Shown here one piece after another: positions 1-10,518 of a stretch of DNA of 64,000 bases (position 1 is the stretch's first letter; each line of letters begins with the position of its first letter). Under the pieces are notes generated by a model. That model saw only the letters and a program-made list of their open reading frames with translations, was not told the origin of the DNA and made no database searches. Where the stretch lies: NCBI GenBank assembly GCA_963748015.1, contig CAVVHE010000005.1, forward strand, positions 32,001-96,000, in the 5' to 3' direction. Source of the DNA: Terriglobia bacterium (GTDB lineage: Bacteria; Acidobacteriota; Polarisedimenticolia; Polarisedimenticolales; JAIQFR01). The translations under genes were made by a program, and so were the position numbers.

Positions 1-1
1 G

Positions 2-846
2 TCATGGCTTGCGGAACACGCTTTGGCGCACGGATTCCAAATCGTGCCGGATCCCCATCAGGCTCTCCGAATGGCCGATCACCAGGAAGCCGCCGGGAGC
101 CAGTTGCCGGGTGAGTTTCTGCACCAGAGTCGCGCGCGACGGGGGATCGAAGTAGATCATCACGTTGCGGCAGAAGATCACGTGCTGTTCCCGCGGCACC
201 GGGTATTCGGCTTGGAACAGGTTGATGCGCTGAAACCGCACGCGCTTCCGCAGATCGGCCTTCACCCGGCAGGTCCCGTCCTGGGCGCCCACGCCGCGTT
301 GAAAGTAACGCTTCAACAGCTCCGGCGGCAAAGCGTGCCGGGGGTCGAGCGGGTAAACGCCCCGCTCCGCCTCAGGCCAGCATGCGATGCGAGATATCCG
401 AAGCCTCCACCCGCCAGTCCACGAAAGGATGCTCGCGGAAAAACTCCGCCAGCACGATCGCCAGCGTGTAGGGCTCCTCGCCGGAGGATGCGGCCGCGGA
501 CCAAACCCGCAGCGAGTGACCCTTCGGCGGCGAGCCGCGGAGCCAACTCGGGCAGAATGCGGCCCGTGAGAAACGTGAAATGCTCCGGCTCGCGGAAGAA
601 CCGCGTGTGGTTCGTGGCAATGAGATCCACCAACTGCTCGATTTCATCCGGGCCTTGCGCGGAGCGGAGCACGGCGCAGTAGTCGTCATAGGAAACCAGC
701 CCCAGCGCCCGCAGACGCTTGCGCAGCCGGTTGGCCAGCATGGGCTGCTTGTCCGGGCCGAGCTGGATATGGCTGTGTTGGTACACCAGGTCCACCAGCG
801 TCCGGTAGGCCTCGGCCGACAGCGTGGCCGTGAACGACGCATGCAT
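2..846 (-). CDS. cheR: Chemotaxis methyltransferase CheR (split by about 2 frameshifts)
   Basis: Three consecutive frames give [32 protein letters not shown] and [25 protein letters not shown] at 846, stop at 2-4. Confidence 0.9.
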
Positions 847-877
847 GCGCGGGAACCCGATCCCGCCGACGGCAGGC

Positions 878-2508
878 TCAGAAGTTCTTGAAGTTGTCGT
901 CATCCACGTCCAGCTGCCGGGTGGGCATCGCCGGGCATGGGGATGGCCTTGCGCTGGCCCGTGCCGAGGGTCTTGTGAGGCTGAGGACGGGGCCGCGGCC
1001 GCGCGGCGGGCTGGCTGCTGAATACGGTAACATGCGAGGCGAGCGCCAGGGATGGGGATGGCTGGGGCAGCCGTGTCCGCGCCGCCCACGAGTTGGCGGA
1101 GTTTGCCGACCATGTCCTTGAGCGACGCCGCCTGGGCATCGAGTTCTTCGGCCGCGCTGGCGCTTTCCTCGGCGCTGGCCGAATTGCTCTGGGTCACCTG
1201 GTCCATCTGGGTGATGGCGGTGTTGATCTGTTCGATGCCCTGGGCCTGTTCGCGGGCGGCGGTGGCAATCTCGGCAACCAACGCGTCGGTGGACGACACC
1301 TTGCTGGCGATCTGCGTGAGCGATTCGCCGACCTTGGCGCAACTGACGGAGCCATTGCGACTGCTGGCAATCGCCGCCTCGATTTTGTCCGCCGTTTCCT
1401 TCGCGGCGGCGGCGCTGCGCTGGGCCAGCGAGCGAACTTCGTCCGCGACCACCGCAAAGCCGGCGCCCGCCTCGCCGGCGCGCGCCGCTTCCACCGCGGC
1501 ATTCAACGCCAGGATGTTCGTCTGGAAGGCGATCTCATCAATGTTCTTGACGATCTTGGCGACCTCGGCGCTGGAGGTGTCAATGGCTGCCATCGCCTGG
1601 GTCATCTCGACCATGGTGCGGGAACCGGCCTGGGCCACGGCATGGGCCTCGCCCGCCAGCGTCTTGGCTTTCTCGGCGTTGTCGGCGGTGGAGCGGATCA
1701 TGCTCGAGATTTCCTCCAGCGAGGCGCTGGTTTCCTCCACGGACGCCGCTTGTTCGCTGGCGCCGGACGAGAGGTTCTGGCTTGCCGCCGAGACCTGGCG
1801 CGCGGCGGAGGCGGTTTGCGTGGCGCCCTGGTCGAGGTTGCCCGCGAGGTCGCGCAGCACGCGGTTGGTCGAGCGGACGATTTGCCAGGACTAAGAGGCC
1901 GGCCACCAACAACGCCGCCGCCGAGCGCGAGGCCAATGAGCCGGACGCCGGATTGGGCGGCTGCCTTGCCGGTCTTGGCCGCGTTCGTTCCCTGGTTCTC
2001 CTTGTGATCAATCAGGGCGCTGATCGCCTCGACGGTCGCTTCGTAAGCCGGGATGACCTTTTCCGCCAGCAGCTTCTTGTGTTCTTCCGCCTTGCCCTCG
2101 CGAACCAACTCGAGATACGGGGTGCGGGCCGCGATGAAGGCCGCGCGGGCCTTTTTCACCTCCTCAAAGAGCCGGCGACCTTCGGCGTCCAAAATCAGCG
2201 GTTCGTATTGTTTGAACAATTCGTCAATGCGCGTCGCGGTTCTCGGCGATGCGTTCCTCGATGGCCTTGCGCTGGTCAGCCGATTCCGCCTGGCTGTATT
2301 GCAGGATGGTGAAGATGTTGTCGCGCGTGCTCCCGGCGCATTCGCGCAGGTTGAGGATGGCGGGCAGAGTGTTGTCCGCCAACCGGGTGATGGACTGGCT
2401 GAGCGTCCGTGCAACCGCCAGAAGGCGAATGGCGCCGAGCACAACCGAAATCAGCAGCATGGCGGCGAAGCCGAAGATGATCCGACGAGAGATGGTCCAG
2501 GAGTTCAT
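878..2508 (-). CDS. Methyl-accepting chemotaxis protein (TM, four-helix sensor, TM, signalling domain), frameshifted
   Basis: N-terminal [27 protein letters not shown]; core [41 protein letters not shown]-terminus ...[10 protein letters not shown] at 878. Confidence 0.9.
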
Positions 2509-3039
2509 ACAGTTTGGTTTGGTTTTGAGAATTCGTTGTTGGGGGCGGAACAAGAGTCAGCAGGCCTTCCTTGAGGAAAACCTTGTCGAGGTCGAGCAGC
2601 GTCTTGACGCCGCCGTGGATGGTGGCCATGCCGAGGATGTAATCCGTATTGGGCGAACCGCCAAAATCCGGGGTCGGTTCGAGTTCCTTCTCGCCCAGTT
2701 GGACCACTTCCTCGACGGCGTCCACGATGGCGCCCATCAGCATGACGGTGGCGGGCGGGGCGCCGACCTGGACGACGATAATGCAGGCGCGTTCGCCGTA
2801 GCTCTCGGTCGAGAGCTGGAACTTGGCCCGGAGGTCGAGGATCGGAATGACTTTGCCCCGGAGATTGATGACGCCCTTGATGTACTCCGGCATCCGGGGG
2901 ACCGGCGTGATGGGACACAGGCGGATGATCTCGCGAACGCCAAGACCGGCAACCCGTAGGACTCGCGGCCCAACCGGAAGGTCAGGTAGCGCCCCGGCTT
3001 GGCGGCGGTGGCGGCCGCAGGAGAAGAGTCCGTCGTCAT
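2505..3039 (-). CDS. cheW: Chemotaxis coupling protein CheW, frameshifted
   Basis: RYLTFRLGRESYGLPV then, in another frame, MPEYIKGVINLRGKVIPILDLR..IVDAVEEV..KTLLDLDKV. The 3' end is approximate. Confidence 0.85.
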
Positions 3040-3043
3040 AGGT

Positions 3044-3856
3044 TCATGAAATTCGCTGGCAATGATTGGCGAGCAACGCCTCCGCATCCAGCAGAAAGAC
3101 GATTCCCTTGCCGTTGGCCCGGTGGGCCACCTGCCTGAGCAGGTCGGAATTCACACCGCCCATTTCGGCCGGGGCGTCCGCGATCGTGTCCTCGGCCAGC
3201 GGTTCCACGGACGCGACCGTGTCAACGGCGAGGGACAGGTGCTTCCGGCCGTCGGTCAACACAATGGCAACCTCTTTCTGCGATTCCCGAAAAGCGGTCC
3301 GCGCTTCCGTGAACAGGTTGATCACCGCGCGCAGATCGCCTTGCTCCGTGTGCTGGATCATGGCCCTGGCCTGGGCGTGATCGCCCTGTTCAGCGCACTT
3401 CAGGACGGCATCCGCGAGGGTGTGGATGCGTTGGTGTGGCAACTCGAGACGCCGCATCACCGAAGCAAAACCAATATCCTTCGGTTTGTAACCGTAATAC
3501 CACTTGCCGAAGGCACATTGGGTGGGATCTCGCGCGAGGGTAAAAGGGCGTCCGTCGTTGACCGCCGCCAGAAGTTCCTGCAGCCAGAGGACATGGTCCT
3601 GCTCCCGCGCGACCAACATGGCAATCATCGCTTCGACCTCTTCGAGGGCTGAGGAGAGGCCCAGGCGCAACCGCAGATCCACCAGCGGGAGCACTTTGCC
3701 GCGCAGGTTGATGACCCCGCGGAGGTAACGGGGGACATTCGGAACCTCGTGCCAGGGCGGCGTGCGGGTGATCTCCCGCACATACGCGGCGGACACCGCC
3801 AGTTGCAGGTCCTTCACACCGGCGACCACATAGGGAAGCCTGGCGCCTGCTTTCAT
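3044..3856 (-). CDS. CheW-like protein with an internal CZB (chemoreceptor zinc-binding) domain
   Basis: CheW motifs VREI..PNVPRYLRGVINLRGKVLPLVDLR and LSLAVDTVASV..VFLLDAEALL flank DHVLW..CAFGKWYY..PHQRIH. Confidence 0.8.
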   Translation of the reverse strand: MKAGARLPYVVAGVKDLQLAVSAAYVREITRTPPWHEVPNVPRYLRGVINLRGKVLPLVDLRLRLGLSSALEEVEAMIAMLVAREQDHVLWLQELLAAVNDGRPFTLARDPTQCAFGKWYYGYKPKDIGFASVMRRLELPHQRIHTLADAVLKCAEQGDHAQARAMIQHTEQGDLRAVINLFTEARTAFRESQKEVAIVLTDGRKHLSLAVDTVASVEPLAEDTIADAPAEMGGVNSDLLRQVAHRANGKGIVFLLDAEALLANHCQRIS

Positions 3857-3858
3857 AT

Positions 3859-6106
3859 TCAGGGAGACCGCTCGCCGTTGGTGGGGTTGCCGGTTTGCTG
3901 GCATTTCACCAGCGTATCCACGTCCAGGATCAAGCCCGACCCGGCCATCGCCCAGAATCGCCGCGCCGGCCAGCAGGTCCTGCTTGCGGAAGGTCTCGCC
4001 CAGATTCTTGATCACGACCTCCTGCTTGCCGAGCAGTTCATCCACGAGGAGACCGCGAGCGGCGTCGCCGGACTCGACGACGACGATGATCCCTTCGGTC
4101 GGGTCCACCGCCCGGTACGGCGTGCCCAGGTGCTGGCCCAGGCGCAGGAGCGGAGTCAACCGCCCGCGCACACTGACCACTTCGCCGCGTTCATGCACGG
4201 TGCTGACCATGCCGGGCCGCGGGCGGAACGATTCGCGCACCGACAACGTCGGGATGATGTAGCGGTCGTCGCCCACCCCGACGAGCATCCCGTCAATGAT
4301 GGCGAGGGTCAGCGGCAGGACGATGGTGAAGGTGGTGCCCTGGCCGGCGACGGACTGGATCTCGACCTTGCCGCGCAGCTTCTCGATGTTGCGCCGGACG
4401 ACGTCCATGCCCACGCCCCGGCCGGAGACATCGGTGACTTTTTCGGCGGTGGAAAAGCCGGGCGCGAAGATGAGGGCGAAAGTCTCCTCCTCGGTCGGGG
4501 TGGCGTCCGGCTTGATCAGGCCGCGTTCGCGCGCCTTGGCCAGGATGCGGTCGCGGTCCAGGCCTTTGCCGTCATCCTGGATCGCGATGACGATGCCGCC
4601 GCGCTGATGGGAGGCGGAGAGCCGAATCGTCCCGAGCGCCGGTTTGCCCTGGGCCTCGCGCGTCCGCCGGCGATTCGATGCCATGGTCAATCGAGTTGCG
4701 GATCATGTGGACGAGCGGGTCGCTCAACTCCTCCACGATGTTGCGATCCAGTTCCGTCTCCTCGCCTTCCGCGACCAGTTGCACCTGCTTGTCCTGCTGC
4801 GCGGCGAGGTCGCGCACGAGGCGCGTCATTTTCTGAAACGTCCGGCGGATCGGCACCATGCGCAGCGACATGGCGGTGCGCTGCAGTTCGGTGGTGATGC
4901 GGCCGAGTTGACGCAGGGTGCGCGCCAGATGGCGGCTGGACAACCGCTGCACCTCGGGGTCCTGGACGACCATGGATTGGGCGATGACCAGTTCCCCCAC
5001 CAGGTCCACCAGGCTGTCCAGCTTCCGGGTATCGAGTTTCACGAAGCCCGCGGCGCTCTCCGCCTTGGCCGCGGATTCGCTGCGCGCTTTGGCGGGGGCG
5101 TTCCCGTTGCCGTGGGCGGCGGAGCAGGTTCCGCCGCGGCGCAGCCGCTGGGCGTGCCGCGGCTTTCGGGCGTGACTCGGTCTCGGGTTGCTTTGGAGTC
5201 GGAGGCGACGGCGGTGGCGGCGCGCGCAGGACGGCGGCGGGCGAGGGTTCTCCGGCCAAGGTGGCTCGCACGCGCTGCCGGAGCTGCCGGGTGGGGACGA
5301 CGATCGGCTTCGCCCGGCTTCACGCCCTGGAGTTGGGCGCCGATCTCGCGGGTGAAATGCTTGAGCGCGTCCCCGCCGGCGAGAATGAGGTCGATGATCT
5401 CCGAGGTGATGCTCAGCTCCGAGCGGCGCGCCGCATCGAGGAGCGACTCCAGATCGTGCGCCAGGTCCCGCAGCGCGTCCAGGTGCAGCAGACCGGCGCC
5501 GCCCTTCAACGTGTGGAAGGCGCGAAAGATGGAATTGATGGTGTCGGCATCGGCGGGGTTCTCCTCCAGCACCAGCACGCCTTGCTCGATGTTCTGCAGC
5601 AGTTCCAGGGATTCGCCATGGAACTCGCGCAGCAGCTCGGCATCGTCCGCCAGGTTCAAGCGGATCGCCGGCTCATCGGCGGCTGGTTGCGGGGCCGGCG
5701 ACTTTGGACGGAGCCGGTCCTGAGTCCGCGACCGGAGCTGTGACGACACCCCCGGTGGACTGGTTCCACGTCGCCGGAACCGCGGGCATTGCCGCGCCTC
5801 GCTCCCACGCCGTGAGGACGGAACTCATCCACGAATGCCACTCGTTCAAGAACCGGATGGATTCGCCGGTGAATATCCCCGGCCCATCCAGGATCTGGTC
5901 CAGCAACGCCCGGGCGGCGGCCAGACCCGTGGCGAGGACTGCCGGTGCGCCGTCGCGGGGGAGTTCCTCGAAGTCCATGAGCAGGCTGTTGATCGGCAAG
6001 AGCCCGGTGTCCCGACCCGCTTCGACGAAAGCCAGTTCCTCACCCAGCTGCGCCAGAATCTCAGCCGCGCGGACCACGGCGGGGGCGTTGGGTTGGGGGA
6101 GGCCAC
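3859..6106 (-). CDS. cheA: Chemotaxis histidine kinase CheA, several frameshifts, start approximate
   Basis: Hpt IFRAFHTLKGGAG; dimerisation KLDSLVDLVGELVI; LVHMIRNSIDHGIE; DDGKGLD; GFSTAEKVTDVSGRGVGMDVV; LPLTLAII; P5 domain ending GAAILGDGRVGL. Confidence 0.9.
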
Positions 6107-6151
6107 AGCAGTCTGGTAACACAGATTGAAGGCTGCTGGCAAACCCGCTTT

Positions 6152-7861
6152 TCAACGGCTCGGCTGGACATTGTCCGCCGCATCCGCCACGGAGGTGAAG
6201 CGGTTGATTCCGCCGAGTTTTTCCTCCACCCCTTCGCTGCGCAACCGGTCGCGCACGGAGGACCGCGCCTCGACCACCTGCAAGCGGATCTGGGCGGCGG
6301 TGAGTTCATCGGCCAGCCCGGCGAGCGCGTGGGCGCTCTGCATGTCCACGTACGGCGCGGCGGAAAGGTCCAGCACCACGAGCTTGGGCGGGGTGGCTTC
6401 GGAGCGCACGCGCTCCTGGATGCGTGTCGCACACGTGCTCGACGTTGAAATACATCAGGCTGGATTCGGGCCGGAAGATCAGGACGCCGGGGATCAGTTC
6501 GTTGTCCGGATGCCGCTCGCGGTCCGAGAACCGCCGCGTGCCCGGGATGCGTCCGAGGCAGCGCCACGTGCGGCCGCGACGCGCGCCGGATCAGCAGCAC
6601 CAGCGAGATGATCGCGCCGATCAGCACGCCCCGCAGCAAGCCCGAGCACAAGCACCCCGAGCAACGCCGCGATGGCCACGATATACTCGGTCCGGTTGGT
6701 GCGCCGGAGATGCTTGCAGCGCGGACACTTTGAACAAGCCCGGTGACGGCCACCAGCACGATGGCCGCCAGCACCGGTTGCGGCAGATAACGCAGCAGGC
6801 CGGAGAGGAACAGGACGACCACCAGCATGACCAACGACGCGAACAAGCCGGAGAGCGGGGTGCGCGCGCCGCCGCTTTCGTTCACGAGCGATTGCGACAT
6901 GCCGCCGCTGACCGGAAAGCCCCGGCCCAGCGCGGCCGCCAGGTTCGCCCCGGCCAGCGCCAGAAACTCCTGGTTGGCGTCCAGCCGGCCGCCGTGCTTG
7001 GCGGTGAACATGCGGCCGATGGCGGCCGTTTCCACCGCGCCGAGCAGGAAGCAGGCGAGCGCCAGCGGCAACAAGTCGTTCAAGTCGGACCAGTGGATCG
7101 CGGGGAGGCCGATGGCCGGCAGGCCCTGCGGCACCTCGCCCAGCAGCTTCACGCCGCGCGCGTCCAGGCCGGTGAACGCGGCGGCGACGATGCTCCCGAT
7201 GACCACGAACAACGCCACCGGCCGGTTCTTGAGAAACACCTTGCCCAGCACCAGCAGCGCCAGCGCGGCGAGGCCGAGGAGCAGCGAGGCGGCGTTGGTT
7301 TCGTTCAGGTGCGAGAGGAAGTGGCCGGCCCGTTCCCAGAAACTGCCGTGGCCGCCCTTGAAGCCAAACAGCTTCGGCAACTGCGTGCTGGCGAGGAACA
7401 GCGCCACGCCGCACTTGAACCCGACCATCACGCTTTCGGAGATGAAATTGACGATCGAGCCCGCCTTGGCCAGCCACGCGACGAAACGCGATCAGCGCGA
7501 CCAGCAGGGCCGTGCCCGCGGCGAGCGCGCCAAAGCGCGTCGGATCGCCGCCGGCCATTTCGCCCAGCGAAGCGCCCACCAGCAGCGAGATGGCGGACGT
7601 GACGGTGATGGCGGTGTGGCGCGAGCTGCAAAACAGCCAGAAGACCAGGCCGGAGAACAGGCAGGCGTAGAGCCCCGCCTCCGGCGGCAGGTTGGCCAGC
7701 GAGGCATCCGCAATGCCGGCGGGCAGCAGGTAGGCCGCGAGCGTGATGCCGGCAACGATGTCGCCGCGCAGCCAGCCGGGCTGGTAGGACCGCAGCCATC
7801 CGAGCGCCGGGATCCAACGCGCCAGGCTGAGGGTTGAGGAGGAGGTGGGGTTTTCGCTCAT
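6152..7861 (-). CDS. sulP: SulP/SLC26 anion transporter with C-terminal STAS domain, frameshifted
   Basis: WLRGDIVAGITLAAYLLPAGIADASLANLPPEAGLY; DANQEFLALAGAN; FPVSGGMSQSLVN; STAS VVLDLSAAPYVD. Confidence 0.88.
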
Positions 7862-7870
7862 TGGTTTGCC

Positions 7871-8226
7871 TTAGACACGGTTGTCTGACCGGCACAAGGA
7901 TTGTGCTCTGGCGGTGGCCGTGAGATGACTGAAGGTCTCCAAGACCAGGGCCGAAGACAACCCATAATCCTCCAGGCGGCAGCGATGGGGTCTGCGTCCC
8001 TCATTGGGATGCGCGGACAGGTAGCTGCGGACATGCGGCCGATGAAGTTGAGCTGGGCTTCCTTGTTGGAGCACCCCACCAGTAGGCGGAACGGTTCCAG
8101 AAAATCATCCCGGCCAAAATCTTCCAGTCGCGGGCGCCGACGGGCCAGCTCCAGCAAGCCGTCGGTATCCAGCGTCCGCTCCACACACCCCAGCGCGGTG
8201 AGCCGTGAGCCCCCCGTGTTGGCCAT
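7871..8226 (-). pseudogene. Internally deleted sulfotransferase-family relic
   Basis: LDTDGLLELARRRPRLEDFGRDDFLEPFRLLV..EAQLNFIGR resembles a sulfotransferase N-terminus; it is followed closely by a C-terminus-like YLSAHP..HRCRLEDYGL. No PAPS-binding core is present. Confidence 0.45.
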
Positions 8227-8419
8227 GCGGATATGAAACGGCCGATATCTTGCGTTGTCTTTCACGACCACAGGCCGGTCAATACTTTCCGGGCAACGTT
8301 GCGATTCCGTTCGCGATCCAACTGGATGTCGAAGCCGGACACCGCCAGCACCGGGTTCGGGTGCAGCACACCCGCGGCGCCGCTTTTCGGTCTCTTGGTT
8401 TGGTGTCAGGGTGGTTTTC

Positions 8420-9496
8420 CTACGGCGCCGGGGCGTCCGGGGTTGCTGCCGTGGGGCGGGCGGACATCCATTCTGACACGAGGCGGTAGCCGACCGCCAG
8501 CAGCGTGGGTCCGATGAACACGCCGATGAAACCGAACGCCAGACGCGCCGCCGAGGACGCCGAAGAAGATCAACAGGAACGGCATGGCGCTGCCCTGGCT
8601 GATGAGCCACGGTTTGACGAAGTTGTCCACGCTGCTCACCCCCACGCCCCAGATCAGCATGAAGATGCCCCAGCCGGTTGAGCCCTGATGGAACAGCCAC
8701 AGGGCCGCCGGCAGCCAGACCAAGGGCGGGCCGACCGGCACGACCGACAGGAAGAACGTGAACAGCGCGAGCAGGCCGGCTCCGGGCACACCCGCGATGA
8801 GAAAGCCGATCCCCGCCATCACCGCCTGCACCAGGGCCGTGCCCAGGATGCCATAGACCACGCCGCGCACCGTATTGCCGGCGACCTCGAGCAGGTGCTT
8901 GCCGCGTTCGCCGGCGATCCGATCCACGGCGGTGCCCAGGCGTTCCGCCGCCTTGCCGCCGTCGCGGAAGAGAAAGAACGCGATCAGGATGCTCAGGGCC
9001 AGTTCGAGCAGACCGCGGCCCAACGCCAGGCCGGCCTTGAGCAACCAGCCGCTGACCGGTTCAATGAACCGCTTGGCGGCCTCCAGCAGCTTGGAGCTGT
9101 CCGCCGCGAGGCTCTGCCAGTATTCGGTCGCCTGCCGTCCGACGCCCGGCACCTTGGCCAGCCATTCGGGCGGCGCCGGCGGCCCGGCATCCATCCAGCG
9201 CTGCGTGGCCGCCGTCAGTTCCTTGACGTTGTCCCCCAGGGTCGCTCCGATGATGACAAACGGGCAGCAGGATCACGCAGATCATCGCCAGCGCCATGAG
9301 CGAGGCGGCCAGGGTGCGCCGCCCGCCCAGCAGCTTGACCAGCCGGCGATACAGCGGCCAGCTCGAGAAGCTCAGCACCATCCGCCCAAAGCAACGCCGA
9401 GACGAACGGCAGCATCACCAGCAGGCAGCCGCCCAGCAGGAGCGCCAGGATGATCCAGCCGAGGTTCTGTTCGAGTTTGGAGCGGGATTCGTTCAT
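8420..9496 (-). CDS. AI-2E (PerM/YdiK-like) family transporter, frameshifted
   Basis: Hydrophobic protein with PFVSALLWA, VRGVVYGILGTALVQ and SVDNFVKPWLISQGSAMPFLLIFFGVLGG. Confidence 0.85.
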
Positions 9497-9652
9497 CGGT
9501 TCGGTTCCTCCTGGCGCCTGCGTTGGCCGCATGGATCGGCGTCGTGCAGGGTCAACCAGCCGTCATCTCGAAAACGTGGCATTGCCAGGGAGGCACATCC
9601 AGACAAAACCCTTGCTCCTCGGGGTCTTGATGGTCAGGTTCGCCGGCATGGC

Positions 9653-10039
9653 TTACCCTTCTGCAATGGTCGTGATTCCCGGCACGTGCTCAAAGTGCTT
9701 CTTGTTGTGAGTCACGATGGGGATTCTGTGCCGGAGCGCCGTGGCCGCGATCCAGGAACCGGGCAACGACAGGGGCTGTCCCCGACACGTCTTTCCAACG
9801 AGTTCGGCCCAACTCCACGCCAGCCCATCGTCGTAAGGCAGCACGGCGAAGTTCTTGAGGAACTGAACCAGGCCCTGTTTCTTCGCCTCACCCCAGTTCC
9901 GCTCAAAAGGCCAGCGATACAGTTCCGCCACTGTCATGAACGAGACGAAAAGCGTCTGTCCCGTCAGATGAGCCTCGTAGGGCCTGGCCCGGGTGTCCCC
10001 TTTGTAGATGTAGGAGACGATGTTGGTATCAATCAGCAT
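9653..10039 (-). CDS. vapC: PIN-domain (VapC) toxin
   Basis: 128 aa; LIDTNIVS..SFMTVAELY..WIAATALRHRIPIVTHNKKHF. Confidence 0.85.
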   Translation of the reverse strand: MLIDTNIVSYIYKGDTRARPYEAHLTGQTLFVSFMTVAELYRWPFERNWGEAKKQGLVQFLKNFAVLPYDDGLAWSWAELVGKTCRGQPLSLPGSWIAATALRHRIPIVTHNKKHFEHVPGITTIAEG

Positions 10040-10051
10040 GGTCCCACCCTA

Positions 10052-10414
10052 TTAAACCGGACTCTCTGCCCGCCACCGCTCCACCGCATCGTCGAATCCC
10101 TCCCAATCCTCGGCGGAACCCGCCCCGAACAGGGCTGAGAAGTCGCTGACCGGCGCCACACCCTGACGCTGTGCATACTCCGCCGCAGATGGGCTCTCCC
10201 AGTAGTCGTAGGTCCACGCCGCGCCAGCTTCGGCCACCGCCAGCGTGGCAGGCGCTTCAATCTGCTCGATGTTGGCAATGTTCAGCCAGCGCGGCTCGCC
10301 CGTCGTGTGATACTCCATCTTCCCGCTCACCCGGACAAACTGCCGGATGCCTCCGGTGATCCGCACCGCGCCTGGAACGCCGGCTTCAGCCGTATCCATG
10401 CAGAAAACTTTCAA
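10052..10414 (-). CDS. Putative antitoxin, possibly an N-terminally truncated hypothetical protein
   Basis: Lies immediately upstream of vapC; acidic C-terminus YAQRQGVAPVSDFSALFG..DWEGFDDAVERWR. Start uncertain. Confidence 0.5.
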   Translation of the reverse strand: MKVFCMDTAEAGVPGAVRITGGIRQFVRVSGKMEYHTTGEPRWLNIANIEQIEAPATLAVAEAGAAWTYDYWESPSAAEYAQRQGVAPVSDFSALFGAGSAEDWEGFDDAVERWRAESPV

Positions 10415-10508
10415 CGCAAAGACGCAAAGGCGCGAAGAGTAGAGGGGTTAGGGATCTTTGCAGCCCGGCTCCGCCTGGTTCCGGGTTTGGGGAGATTCTC
10501 TTTGCGTC
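10413..10508. repeat. 8-mer-period imperfect inverted repeat (ACGCAAAG family)
   Basis: aacgcaaa-gacgcaaa-ggcgcgaa at 10413-10436 and a partial complement ctctttgcgtc near 10498-10508. Confidence 0.55.
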
Positions 10509-10518
10509 CGGCCACGGT

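Noticed and set aside
313..1860. Apparent MCP-CheR fusion (515-aa ORF)
   Set aside because: The MCP has its own terminus NFKNF* at 878 in another frame; an indel in the Pro/Ala linker creates the read-through.
3044..4690. Apparent CheA-CheW-CZB fusion (548-aa ORF)
   Set aside because: CheA's natural end ILDVDTLVK..SP* is in another frame with a stop at 3859, and a separate ATG follows at 3856.
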